DNA of 64,000 nt from a virus, in IMG/VR virus record IMGVR_UViG_3300020463_000007, positions 91,566-155,565 of that record. One strand, given 5' to 3'. The position numbers and the translations under genes were made by a program. The notes under the pieces are model-generated. The model was not told where the DNA came from. It saw only the letters and a program-made list of their open reading frames with translations, and did not search any database. Of this stretch, positions 42,086-52,023 are shown piece by piece (position 1 is the stretch's first letter; every line of letters starts with the position of its first letter).

Positions 42086-43480
42086 GTGGATCAACCTACA
42101 GGCAACAAACAGCTCCGAATTTATAATAAAAATAATCAGTATAGTCTGTTTAGTGTAGATGAAGTAATAGCTAATAACCTAAATACTTGGCAAGGTTGGA
42201 AGTGTAGTGCTGGTGTAAGGAGTTTGTATATAGATTACGATGGAAATGTATGGATAGCAAATTGTGCAAGTGCATCACACTATGGTAAAATTCATAATGA
42301 ACGAGTAAAAAATTATACTAATCGTGATCAAAAATTAATAGATAGATTATGGAAAGAATACAGAGAATCTGTTATTGGTGCAGACGGAAGCGAAAAACGT
42401 AAAGAGTGGATAAATGCAAATACTGAAAATGGCTGGCCGATGCCGAAGTATAATTATAAAGAAAGTGAACAGCAACATAAGTTAATGGCTGAAATTGGAA
42501 GACTTGAAAAAAAATTCTTTGATGATCCTTATAAACAATTTATGAAAGATCCTGCTACTTGGCAATGGAAAGCAGGATTAGATACCAAAGTATGGGGCTT
42601 ACAAGGTAGTATATTTACAGGTTGGAATACTCCTAAAGAGTGGACAACTTGTCCTCTTGCAAGTTGTGGGTGCGGAGCAGATGTAATTTTAAGTAAAGCC
42701 AAAGACGAATCAGCTTTGCAAAATTTAAATGTTACAAAATATGGTTATGACGGACAAGATAAAGGAAACTACCAAGATGCTGTTGCTAATCCATATAATG
42801 CATTTGATACTACACCTGTAGGAATTGAAATGAACTTTCCAATTGATTATCAGATTCTTTGGGATATCACCAGAAGATGTAATTATGACTGTGATTATTG
42901 TTGGCCAAGTGTACATAATAACAAAGAAGCACATCATGATTATAATAAAATTATAGAAACTATAGATAAAGCAATTGATTCATGGAGTAAAGGTGCAAGT
43001 ATAAGATGGAACTTTGGAGGCGGAGAGCCTACAATAAATCCTAAATTTTTAGATATACTTAAACATCTAAAAAGTAAAAATCAATGGGTGCTTGTAACAA
43101 CAAATGGTAGTCGTAGTACAAAATACTGGACAGAAGCATGTAAATATATTAATAGTGTAAATATGAGTGCTCATTTCGGTAGTATGGATTTGTATCCAGG
43201 TAATGAAGAAAGATTTATAAAAAACTGTGAAATAATTATAGAAAGACATAAACAAGTATCAGATGATCATTGGTTAGAAATTAAATTAATGACACCTCCT
43301 GGTATGCTAGACAGAGCAAGAGAATCTTACAGCAAAATTGTAAAATTAGGAATAAATGATATAGGCGCAAATGAGAGACAAATAGGAGCAATAAGTTTAG
43401 TACCAATACGTGGTCATGACAGCGGGCAATTAGTAGGATATAGTGATAATGAAATTGGATTTTTCCAACAACAAGGATAA
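42086..43480 (+). CDS. Radical SAM protein with N-terminal (permuted) twitch-like domain
   Basis: N-terminal WQGWKC...IDYDG...C...CPLASCGCGAD; C-terminal CNYDCDYC, FGGGEP, TTNGSR. GTG start with AAGGAG RBS. Confidence 0.88.
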   Translation: MDQPTGNKQLRIYNKNNQYSLFSVDEVIANNLNTWQGWKCSAGVRSLYIDYDGNVWIANCASASHYGKIHNERVKNYTNRDQKLIDRLWKEYRESVIGADGSEKRKEWINANTENGWPMPKYNYKESEQQHKLMAEIGRLEKKFFDDPYKQFMKDPATWQWKAGLDTKVWGLQGSIFTGWNTPKEWTTCPLASCGCGADVILSKAKDESALQNLNVTKYGYDGQDKGNYQDAVANPYNAFDTTPVGIEMNFPIDYQILWDITRRCNYDCDYCWPSVHNNKEAHHDYNKIIETIDKAIDSWSKGASIRWNFGGGEPTINPKFLDILKHLKSKNQWVLVTTNGSRSTKYWTEACKYINSVNMSAHFGSMDLYPGNEERFIKNCEIIIERHKQVSDDHWLEIKLMTPPGMLDRARESYSKIVKLGINDIGANERQIGAISLVPIRGHDSGQLVGYSDNEIGFFQQQG

Positions 43481-45662
43481 TTATCTTTTGTTATATACCG
43501 CTGGTGTAGGCGGAGAAATAATTACGTATGCATTAAGTCAGTGTGTGCGAGAATTAAATTCTATTCCCACAATAAATGTAGGTAAAAATAGATGGTTTAC
43601 AATATGTAAAAAAGTCTATTGCAGAGACTCAAATCCCCATACACATATATACTCTGGTGAGGATGATCCAAACAAAAGCGATTTGTACAAAGATCACTTT
43701 GATCCTCTAGTATTATCTTATTGGGATAAAGACATGACTGTGTTGTGTTTTAATCTCACAAAAAACTTTGAATACTGGACAAAATTAGCTTGGCATAAAC
43801 TAAAAGATATAGAACCTATAAAAGACGACTTTATTGATACACATGTTGATCAACACAAAAAGGATTTAACAATATTAAATCAATATGTAAATCATTTTAA
43901 AAAAACACATCTAATAAATTTAGATGACTTAGATAAAAATTGTGAAAGCCTTATAGTTCAATTACAGAGAATATTTCCTAGTTTAAAGACAGTAAAATTT
44001 AGGAAAATTATTACAAAATGGATAAAGAAAAATAATAAAATTTTACAAAAAAAATATACAAAACCAATGTCTTTTGATTTGAATATTTTTCGTACAATGC
44101 AACAACGTATTGAAATGATACAGCATCCAGATTGTCCTATTGACGTAATGGTAATAGTTGCAGAGTTTGACAAAGATCAACAAGTACTTGAAGCGTTATG
44201 GAACAACCCAAATTTACCTAATATGGACTCTCCACAAGGGCGTAAAATAAGGACACTACTAAAATTAAGATTAGAAATAGATACAGATAAATTAGATAAA
44301 ACACAAGAAAATATTTTAATCAACAAAGATAGATGGAAAGCATTTTGTCCTATTGCGTGGAACCATTTAGCAACAAATGCAGATGGAAGTATACGCATGT
44401 GTTGTCAAATGATTTATAATCCATATGGAACTGTGTATAAAGAAGATGGTACAGTTCTTACCGGAAAAGATAATATTACAGAACATAGAAATGCTCCAGT
44501 CTGGAAAAAATTAAGACAAGATATGATGAACGGTATAGATCCAGAATTGTGTAGATTATGCACAGCAGAAGAACAAAATGGAATCGGTAGTAAACGACAG
44601 TGGACAAGAAAGTTGTATGAGGATACATATCATAAAGCAGTAAGTCTTACAAAAGCAGACGGTTCTATAGATGACAAAGATTTTCCTATTACATATATGG
44701 ATTTAAGATTTGGTAACAAGTGTAATTTAAAATGCAGAAGTTGTGGACCTACAGATAGTAATTTATGGTATGATGATTGGGTAAAATTACATCCTGGTAA
44801 ACCGTTTAATTATAGAGAACATAATAAAGTATCTATAGAAACTTTACCTGATGGTACAAATACTGTGCCTAATTTATTCGAACCAGATGAAACATATAGT
44901 AAGCTGTGGATTCATATAATGAATAATTTAGACACTATTAAACGATATTATTTTACAGGTGGCGAGCCAACTATTAATTTAAAGCATAGAGAATTATTGG
45001 ATTATTACATAAAAAGAGGAACTGCAAATCAAGTTATTTTAGATTATAATACTAATATGGCTGGAGTGCCCAGTAAGGTGTTTGAACAATGGAAATATTT
45101 TAAGCAGATAAACTTAGGAATGAGTATAGATGGAATAAACAATCATTTTGAATTTATAAGACATCCAGGAAAGTTTTCTACTGTTCTAAAAAATATGCGT
45201 AGAGTTGATAGAGAAAAAGGTTTTGAAAAATTAATTGCAAGTATCACTTTAACACTGAGTGTACAAAATGTTTTACACTTTCCTGAAATGCAGTGGTGGA
45301 TGAAAGAACAGAATTGGAATCGTATAGAGGAAGTTATTATTGTACATAATCTATATGGACCAGACATGTTAAATATTCAAAATTTACCTATAAAATATAA
45401 AAAATATATTGATTCAAGATATAAAAAATTTATTAAAGATATTAACAATAGATGGAATAACAGCATAGATGAAAAATCATTTTGTCGTAAAGTCGAACAA
45501 AGATGTAATAGTATTCTACAGCATTTATGGGATAAAGAACCAAACACAGATGCATATGAAAGATTATGGCCCTGGATGGAACAATTAGATTCTATTAGGA
45601 ATGAATCTTGGAAAAAATCATTGCCTGATATACAAAGAATGATTGAGGAATGTAGTGAGTAA
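43449..45662 (+). CDS. Multidomain radical SAM protein (N-terminal extra domains, twitch domain, rSAM core)
   Basis: FCPIAW...DGSIRMCC...CRLC, then DLRFGNKCNLKCRSC, YFTGGEP, YNTN, SIDG. Confidence 0.88.
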   Translation: MKLDFSNNKDNYLLLYTAGVGGEIITYALSQCVRELNSIPTINVGKNRWFTICKKVYCRDSNPHTHIYSGEDDPNKSDLYKDHFDPLVLSYWDKDMTVLCFNLTKNFEYWTKLAWHKLKDIEPIKDDFIDTHVDQHKKDLTILNQYVNHFKKTHLINLDDLDKNCESLIVQLQRIFPSLKTVKFRKIITKWIKKNNKILQKKYTKPMSFDLNIFRTMQQRIEMIQHPDCPIDVMVIVAEFDKDQQVLEALWNNPNLPNMDSPQGRKIRTLLKLRLEIDTDKLDKTQENILINKDRWKAFCPIAWNHLATNADGSIRMCCQMIYNPYGTVYKEDGTVLTGKDNITEHRNAPVWKKLRQDMMNGIDPELCRLCTAEEQNGIGSKRQWTRKLYEDTYHKAVSLTKADGSIDDKDFPITYMDLRFGNKCNLKCRSCGPTDSNLWYDDWVKLHPGKPFNYREHNKVSIETLPDGTNTVPNLFEPDETYSKLWIHIMNNLDTIKRYYFTGGEPTINLKHRELLDYYIKRGTANQVILDYNTNMAGVPSKVFEQWKYFKQINLGMSIDGINNHFEFIRHPGKFSTVLKNMRRVDREKGFEKLIASITLTLSVQNVLHFPEMQWWMKEQNWNRIEEVIIVHNLYGPDMLNIQNLPIKYKKYIDSRYKKFIKDINNRWNNSIDEKSFCRKVEQRCNSILQHLWDKEPNTDAYERLWPWMEQLDSIRNESWKKSLPDIQRMIEECSE

Positions 45663-46938
45663 GAAATATAATTTAGATATAGAATCACAAATAAAAAATA
45701 ATCCTGCATTCTGCACAATGCCGTTTACTCATCAGTATATTGCAACAGATGGTTTTGTAAATCTTTGTTGTCTTGCTGATTATAATAAACCAATTGTAAA
45801 AAATGTGCAAGGACATGATTTGCAAAAAGTATGGACTAGCAACATAATGCAAGAAATACGCAAAAAAATGCTAAAAGGGGAATTCGAACCAAGATGCAAA
45901 ACTTGCTGGAAGCAGGACAAAGAAGGAGGCGGGTCTGATCGTGAAAGTTTGAATACAGTATATCTTAAACACAAATTAAAACAACATCCTATCACTTTAG
46001 ATATCGAAAAAGGAAATAGCACAGGTGGCCCTACATGGGCAGATTTGCGTCCAGGAAGACTGTGTAATTTTGGCTGTAGAATGTGTTTTGGATCAATAAG
46101 CAGTACAATAGCTCAGGAACAGTTAGAACATCCTGAAACTCAGGATATTATGTTCGAAGAATGGAAAGATGTAAAAGACTGGATAGACGATCCAGTATGT
46201 TTCGAAAGTATTAAAAAACAAATTCCAAAAATGAATCTAATTAAACTAGCTGGCGGCGAACCTTTGTTTATGCCAGGTGTATTTAAGCTACTAAAATGGT
46301 GTATTGATAGCGGTAATACACACTTAATGTTGGATGTGACTACAAATGGTAGTAGGATAAAAGGAAAAACAACTAGTTTATTACCTAAATTTGCAAAAGT
46401 AGATTTACAATTTAGTATGTGTGGAGTTGGAGTTGCAAATGATTATATCAGGTATGGAGCAAACTGGGCTCAATTAGACGAAGCGTATAAACATTATTTA
46501 AAGCTCTCTGGACTAAGGGTGCAATTACTTGCAACTGCTCAAATTTACAACGCCTGGGACTTAGCAAATCTTATTGACTACTGGTATGAGACAGGTTCAT
46601 CTCCAAATATTGTTTTCAATCCAGTCAACGGACCTATAGATTTAACGATAGATTTACTACCATATGCTTATAGGGTTGAAATTGCTGAAGATTTAAAGAA
46701 AAGATTGTGCCTTCTTACACAAGAGCAACAGCGAATAAGTAGAATTCATCATATTATTACAAGACTTACAAAGCCAGAGCCTACAGATTTAGAAACTATA
46801 GACAAATATAAAAATTGGCGCACACATTTTGTGAAAAGAACCTTACTGTATGACAGAATTAGAAAGCAAGATGTTACAAAAATACATCCTAAATTAACAG
46901 AAGTATGGAATACATGGTTGAAAGAATATGCCGATTAA
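45655..46938 (+). CDS. Twitch-domain radical SAM protein
   Basis: FCTMPF...DGFVNLCC...CKTC, CNFGCRMC, LAGGEP, TTNG. Probable GTG start at 45655 after GAGGA (ORF open from 45643). Confidence 0.88.
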   Translation: MSKKYNLDIESQIKNNPAFCTMPFTHQYIATDGFVNLCCLADYNKPIVKNVQGHDLQKVWTSNIMQEIRKKMLKGEFEPRCKTCWKQDKEGGGSDRESLNTVYLKHKLKQHPITLDIEKGNSTGGPTWADLRPGRLCNFGCRMCFGSISSTIAQEQLEHPETQDIMFEEWKDVKDWIDDPVCFESIKKQIPKMNLIKLAGGEPLFMPGVFKLLKWCIDSGNTHLMLDVTTNGSRIKGKTTSLLPKFAKVDLQFSMCGVGVANDYIRYGANWAQLDEAYKHYLKLSGLRVQLLATAQIYNAWDLANLIDYWYETGSSPNIVFNPVNGPIDLTIDLLPYAYRVEIAEDLKKRLCLLTQEQQRISRIHHIITRLTKPEPTDLETIDKYKNWRTHFVKRTLLYDRIRKQDVTKIHPKLTEVWNTWLKEYAD

Positions 46939-48094
46939 TTTTTACTATGATAAAATCACTAATGTAGGCCCTGTGCCCAATGGTATCACTTCGTATTACG
47001 ATGACAATCCAGATGTTTGGCCATTACCTTTCGGCACTATTGATAGTGTAGACAGCATGGTAGAAGTAATATCAAGTTTTTATTATTCAATGCAAAAAAA
47101 TAATGTTGAAATAAGCCTATTTACAGGCGATGATATATTTGATCCTGTAAAAGGATTTAAAGAAGACATATTTTATCCTTTTGAAGTATCATATGGAATC
47201 AATATTAAAATACCACACAAAACGCTAGATTATTTACGTGCTGGAAAAATGAAGGTATTGTTGTTAGGGCAAACATTGCAAGGTTATAATGAAGTAATTC
47301 GTCTAAGACATATAGCAGAAATGTTTATGAGATGTAATGTCCCTATTAAAAATATAATTATTATAACCGCCGATATGAATAATAGCTACCAAGAACTTTT
47401 ACACCCATACAAATCTTATTGCATAGATTGGTGGCAAATAGAAGCTCGTCTAATAATTAACGAAGATACTGAGAAATATAAAAATTTCTTCAAACCTATA
47501 AATGAACCTATGCCTGTGCTAGACTTTGATATGGATAACTGGAATCCTAAACTTTTATACCATAATTTTTCACAGTATCCAGAAGCATTAAATTGTACAG
47601 AATTGCATACAGCATTAGAAGCCAATGACTTGTATGATCATGGTACCATTATACACAAGGATGATAATATTGATTACCATAAAAACAGCTTAATAAGTAT
47701 ATTAACTCCTTGGGCACCTAATAAAAGTGATAAAATATATGTTAGTGAAGTAAATTCATTGTTCACTGATTTGGATTTATGGCAAATATTAGTAATGGGT
47801 AAACCTTTCATAGTGTTCGGAAGTCAACAAATAATGAAGTATCTTAATCAACAAGGTTATTTTACTTTTTTTGATCTAATAAATGAAAAATATGATACCT
47901 ATGTTGATCCAAATATTAAAGCAGACTTAATTTGCAAAGAATTAAATAGGATTAAAAAAAATAGGAACACAAATGAGGTTAAGGAGGCCTTAAAAATGCT
48001 AAAAAAATTTGCTGTAGTAAATAGAGCTAAATTTTTAGAAAGATCCCACATGCCTATGTTCTTAAATTTATTTGATAAAATAAGATATGGTTGA
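46928..48094 (+). CDS. Hypothetical protein, degenerate glycosyltransferase-like (GT10-like C-terminus)
   Basis: KPFIVFGS...YLNQQGYFTF...INEKYD resembles phage GT-B-like proteins, but the usual TEK motif is replaced by TDLD. Confidence 0.45.
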   Translation: MPINFYYDKITNVGPVPNGITSYYDDNPDVWPLPFGTIDSVDSMVEVISSFYYSMQKNNVEISLFTGDDIFDPVKGFKEDIFYPFEVSYGINIKIPHKTLDYLRAGKMKVLLLGQTLQGYNEVIRLRHIAEMFMRCNVPIKNIIIITADMNNSYQELLHPYKSYCIDWWQIEARLIINEDTEKYKNFFKPINEPMPVLDFDMDNWNPKLLYHNFSQYPEALNCTELHTALEANDLYDHGTIIHKDDNIDYHKNSLISILTPWAPNKSDKIYVSEVNSLFTDLDLWQILVMGKPFIVFGSQQIMKYLNQQGYFTFFDLINEKYDTYVDPNIKADLICKELNRIKKNRNTNEVKEALKMLKKFAVVNRAKFLERSHMPMFLNLFDKIRYG

Positions 48095-48119
48095 CATTAT
48101 GTCTAAGAAAGTGTATAAT
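48091..48119 (+). promoter_or_regulatory. sigma70-type promoter, probably giving a leaderless transcript
   Basis: TTGACA (48091-48096), 17-bp spacer, TATAAT (48114-48119); ATG at 48125. Confidence 0.85.
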
Positions 48120-48124
48120 TAGTA

Positions 48125-49156
48125 ATGTATGATATAATTTTTGTTGGTGAAAAGACACAACACTATCAAGACCTTAAAAATAAATTTTTTGTGTTGAAAT
48201 ATGCTGAAAATTTTGACTCTGCACAAAAGTTGTCAGTGACTGCTATGTTTTGGGTCATATGGGATGATTTACTTGTAGATAAAAATTTTAATTTTACCTA
48301 CACACCCGAAGAGTGGGACCAAAAAATAATTCATGTATTCAAAAATGGTGACAAGTACAATGGAATATGTCTATATCCGAAAAGAGTAGATGTACATCCA
48401 AGAGAAGCACAATATAGGTTTTTCGCAGACAAGAAAGAAATTGATATTTTAGCAAGTACTCCTAAGCCAGTGTATGATGTGGTGTTTATAAGTTACAATG
48501 AACCTAATTGCGATGAAAACTATAGGAGATTATTAAATAAAATGCCATGGGCAAAGAGGGTACATGGAGTTACAGGTATTCATCAAGCACATATAAAAGC
48601 AGCAAAACTTTGTAAATCGGATATGTTCTATGTGGTTGACGGTGATGCATATATTGACGATAATTTTGACTTCCAAATGACAGTTTCTATTAATGAGCAA
48701 AATATTGTGCATGTATGGAGAAGTCAGAATCCTGTAAATAGGCTTACTTATGGTAACGGCGGAGTAAAATTACTACCAAGAAAACTTACTTTAAATGTAG
48801 ACACTGGAAGCACAGATATGACTACAAGTATTAGTGTGCGTTTTAAAGCCATGGCTGAAGTAAGCAATATATCATTATTCAATACGGATCCTTTTAGCAC
48901 ATGGAAAAGTGCTTTTAGAGAGTGTGTCAAGCTGTCAAGCAAAGTAATACAAGGGCAAAATGATAAAGAAACAGAAATAAGATTAAAAGAGTGGTGTACT
49001 AAAGGAAAAGATAAACCATTTGGACAGTTTTGTATCGCTGGTGCAATAGCAGGAAAAGAATATGGGCAACAATGGAAAGGAGATGCAACTAAACTGAAAA
49101 AAATTAACGACTTTAGTTGGTTGCAGAAAAAATTTGATGACATCTCAGTTAATTAA
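48125..49156 (+). CDS. Glycosyltransferase-like protein, paralogue of 40175-41110, with a duplicated N-terminal domain
   Basis: YDVVFISYNEPN...KRVHGV...AH...YVVDGD...YGNGGVKL...AFRECVKL. Confidence 0.6.
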   Translation: MYDIIFVGEKTQHYQDLKNKFFVLKYAENFDSAQKLSVTAMFWVIWDDLLVDKNFNFTYTPEEWDQKIIHVFKNGDKYNGICLYPKRVDVHPREAQYRFFADKKEIDILASTPKPVYDVVFISYNEPNCDENYRRLLNKMPWAKRVHGVTGIHQAHIKAAKLCKSDMFYVVDGDAYIDDNFDFQMTVSINEQNIVHVWRSQNPVNRLTYGNGGVKLLPRKLTLNVDTGSTDMTTSISVRFKAMAEVSNISLFNTDPFSTWKSAFRECVKLSSKVIQGQNDKETEIRLKEWCTKGKDKPFGQFCIAGAIAGKEYGQQWKGDATKLKKINDFSWLQKKFDDISVN

Positions 49157-49778
49157 AAGTTTATACTATGTACTAGATAATCCTAATTTTAACAAGGATT
49201 GTATTAGCGGTGGGCAATTAAAAAGCAAAGAATGGCTTGTAAAAAAAGTTGAAGAATATTGTCCTGATCTTGGTATTGTTTTTTTATGTGCTGGTTGGTA
49301 TGCAACTCTTGCTACTATGCTATTTGAGTCAAAAGTGCTTATAACAAAAATTAGAAGTTTTGATGTCGACGACACATGCAAGGATATTGCAGAGCAATTT
49401 AATATGCCATGGGTAATAGATCAATGGAAGTTCAAAGCAACAACTTTAGATATCAATACTATACAATATCCAACAACCTACGAAACTTTAACATATGATA
49501 AAAAGTTTGTAACTTTGACAGATATGCCAGATACCATTATAAACACAAGTTGTGAACATATTCCTAATTTTAGTGATTGGTACTCAACTATTCCAAAAGG
49601 TAAACTTGTTATTTTACAAAGCAATAATTTTACTGATTTACAAGAACATGTAAATTGCAGTAGTAGTTTGAAAGAATTTAGTGCAAGTGTTCCTATGACC
49701 GAAACACTTTATGAAGGTGAACTAGATCTTACTGATCAAGGTGGCTATATAAGATTTATGAAAATAGGTGTAAAATAA
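49137..49778 (+). CDS. Class I SAM-dependent methyltransferase-like protein
   Basis: SKEWL, LCAGWYA glycine loop, SFDVD acidic motif, DTIINTSCEH. Confidence 0.6.
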   Translation: MTSQLIKSLYYVLDNPNFNKDCISGGQLKSKEWLVKKVEEYCPDLGIVFLCAGWYATLATMLFESKVLITKIRSFDVDDTCKDIAEQFNMPWVIDQWKFKATTLDINTIQYPTTYETLTYDKKFVTLTDMPDTIINTSCEHIPNFSDWYSTIPKGKLVILQSNNFTDLQEHVNCSSSLKEFSASVPMTETLYEGELDLTDQGGYIRFMKIGVK

Positions 49779-49779
49779 A

Positions 49780-50508
49780 TTAGCCGCTAATCCAATATAG
49801 TTGATGCGTATGTGGTGTAAATTTAGCAGTGGTGCCATCTTTTCTCGCAAAAGTGTTTACATCTGTAACCCCTGTACCAACTGAAGTAGGTGATAAATCA
49901 TCATTCCAACCACCCCATGCTTCCCAGCTTTCTTCATCATAATCACCAAACATGTTAACTGCTTTGTTTGCATAATTAGCACACCAGTTAAAGTATGTAT
50001 CTTTAGACGATTGTATTTGTTCTGCTGTAGGATTTACGGTTCCTGTGCCGCTATGTACCATATTAGAAACAGTTGTGTCCCATTCAGCCTGTAAACGGCT
50101 TGTCATTGTAGCTGAATTTTCATTAGTTTTAAATATATAAGTTGTAATATTTGAATCTACAGTTAGACGTATATGATCAGGACTTGTAGTTTTATCACTT
50201 TGTAAAATATTTGTTATTTTATCCAAGTTTAAAAGCAGACCTGGACCATGAATTACAACGTGTTGTGTATCATCAGTTATATTTTTTGCTAATCGATCAC
50301 CAAATCTAGCGAGACCACTCAAACCTGGTGGCATAATAAAATTGTTAATACCATTTTGTTCATCATTGTGCCGCCATGCTCTCAAAACACCCCATTGTTC
50401 TCTTAGCACGGTTTTTTCACCATATTTTGCAGATAACTTTTCAATTAATTTTGATGCAATAGTACGTATTTCACCAAATCCAAAGCCTACAATAAAATAA
50501 TAATTCAT
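49780..50508 (-). CDS. Hypothetical protein
   Basis: 242-aa ORF with GGAG RBS and minus-strand GATAAATA at 50544-50537. Confidence 0.65.
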   Translation of the reverse strand: MNYYFIVGFGFGEIRTIASKLIEKLSAKYGEKTVLREQWGVLRAWRHNDEQNGINNFIMPPGLSGLARFGDRLAKNITDDTQHVVIHGPGLLLNLDKITNILQSDKTTSPDHIRLTVDSNITTYIFKTNENSATMTSRLQAEWDTTVSNMVHSGTGTVNPTAEQIQSSKDTYFNWCANYANKAVNMFGDYDEESWEAWGGWNDDLSPTSVGTGVTDVNTFARKDGTTAKFTPHTHQLYWISG

Positions 50509-50548
50509 ATTTTTTCTCCGTTGGACTTACTATGTTTATTTATCATAA

Positions 50549-51133
50549 TTAGTGTTCTTTACAATTAGGTAGCATTTTTGCTATTTGTTTAATATTATTT
50601 TCGTTAATGTATAAACTCATTAAAATGTGGTATATATCGTCTGCCATTGCGAAACTGCCGTGTGTTTTCCTTGTGTTTAGTATGTATGGAACACCTTCTT
50701 TGAATCTTTGTATGTTTCCGTCATATATAAACATCCATTCGTCATCTGTAGTCTTGTTTAAAGGAATAAAAATACGGAATTGGTCATTCAGTCTAAATGC
50801 ATCTCTGTGCAATCTAAAAAAACTACCTTTGTCCATAGTTGCTACTCTACATCTTGCAAGTTCTGTCCATTTATCAAAAAACTTTATAATACTAGGACAT
50901 TTTAGTAAGTTTTCATTATATGGTTGATTCCTTTGATGCTTAATTTCCGCCGGAGTGTCTAAACCTAAATCTTCAATAGGACCAGTAAGATTAATTGCAG
51001 TTTTTCCATTAGGCCCTGGCAACCAATCCTTTATTTGTTTTAGTTCTGTGATGGTTTTTTCAGAAAATTTATAATCTAATTCTACTACGTCTCCGTATGA
51101 ACAAAGTATACTATGTAAACTCATTACATCCAT
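50549..51133 (-). CDS. Fe(II)/2OG-dependent oxygenase (Asp/Asn beta-hydroxylase-like cupin)
   Basis: RCRVA...LHRD...RIFIPL...LNTRKTHGS: HxD...H facial triad. Confidence 0.75.
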   Translation of the reverse strand: MDVMSLHSILCSYGDVVELDYKFSEKTITELKQIKDWLPGPNGKTAINLTGPIEDLGLDTPAEIKHQRNQPYNENLLKCPSIIKFFDKWTELARCRVATMDKGSFFRLHRDAFRLNDQFRIFIPLNKTTDDEWMFIYDGNIQRFKEGVPYILNTRKTHGSFAMADDIYHILMSLYINENNIKQIAKMLPNCKEH

Positions 51134-51378
51134 TATAAGTCACCCTTGTCTTTCATTTCCCGTTCTAATTTTGCTACATGATGAATACGTTTTATTTGAT
51201 GATACATTTTAAAAATAGTTATTGGACCGTCAGCTTTATACCAACATGGGAAAATTCCATGTATATAAGATTTAATTGCACAGGCTATTAGCTTGTTACT
51301 TTGGTGAACACTATGCGTTAAGTGTTTCCAGTATCCCCATTCTGTTTCTTCTAAATGTTCTTTAATTTTTTTATACAT
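51133..51378 (-). CDS. Small DUF6356-like protein
   Basis: ATG at 51378 after GGAGGA; HL...YWKHL...IHGIFP pattern. Confidence 0.6.
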   Translation of the reverse strand: MYKKIKEHLEETEWGYWKHLTHSVHQSNKLIACAIKSYIHGIFPCWYKADGPITIFKMYHQIKRIHHVAKLEREMKDKGDL

Positions 51379-51994
51379 ATTTCCTCCAACACCATATATG
51401 ACCATCAAAAGTTTTTTTCCAATCTTGACCGTTGTGTTTAAATGTTCTTTTTGTTGAATGTTCAACAATCCATTCTAAATCAACATTCAAATTATTAGTA
51501 AATTCATGAATTCTACTACGTGGCCAAGATCCTATTCCAATCCAAAATCCGTGTTGTTTTCTTCTTTCTTCTAAATTATCTTCTGTTTCTTTTTTATGTC
51601 TCATTATAAGTAAACCGCCTGGCCGTAACCAAGATAACATTTTTTCTATGTTAGGTTTGTGATATTCATCAGGACACTCATGTAAAACTCCTAAACACAA
51701 GACACCGTCTTGACTTTCTAGTTCTATTGGAGCATCTAAAATTTTGCATACATAATCTTGATTACCATAATCAACAAAATCAAATCCTATCAAATTAGGA
51801 AAATACTTTTTATAAGGATTTACTCCACAACCAGCATCAACTATATTTGCATTACATGAAAATATTTCACGTATATCATGTTTTTTAGAGATTTTTGCAT
51901 TGTTTCTTTTTGCACTAAACCTAGATAAATTTTCAGGCAATTTAAAAAATTTTAATCTACTTTGATCAAATTCCTTAAAATCTTGTATATCCAT
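51371..51994 (-). CDS. Class I SAM-dependent methyltransferase
   Basis: IVDAGCG, GFD, DGVLCLGVLHE, LRPGG. Probable start at 51994 (ORF open from 52012). Confidence 0.85.
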   Translation of the reverse strand: MDIQDFKEFDQSRLKFFKLPENLSRFSAKRNNAKISKKHDIREIFSCNANIVDAGCGVNPYKKYFPNLIGFDFVDYGNQDYVCKILDAPIELESQDGVLCLGVLHECPDEYHKPNIEKMLSWLRPGGLLIMRHKKETEDNLEERRKQHGFWIGIGSWPRSRIHEFTNNLNVDLEWIVEHSTKRTFKHNGQDWKKTFDGHIWCWRKYV

Positions 51995-52023
51995 AAAACT
52001 AGTTCCTTGCATGTATTTAACCT

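Noticed and set aside
41114-43480. In-frame TAA-GTG junction suggesting stop-codon readthrough or one split gene
   Set aside because: AAGGAG at 42071-42076 gives the second ORF its own RBS, and each ORF has a complete rSAM core.
41114-46938. RiPP cluster or 7-deazaguanine (QueE) pathway
   Set aside because: No precursor peptide, PqqD/RRE domain, or queC/queD/folE/dpdA genes are recognisable in the window.
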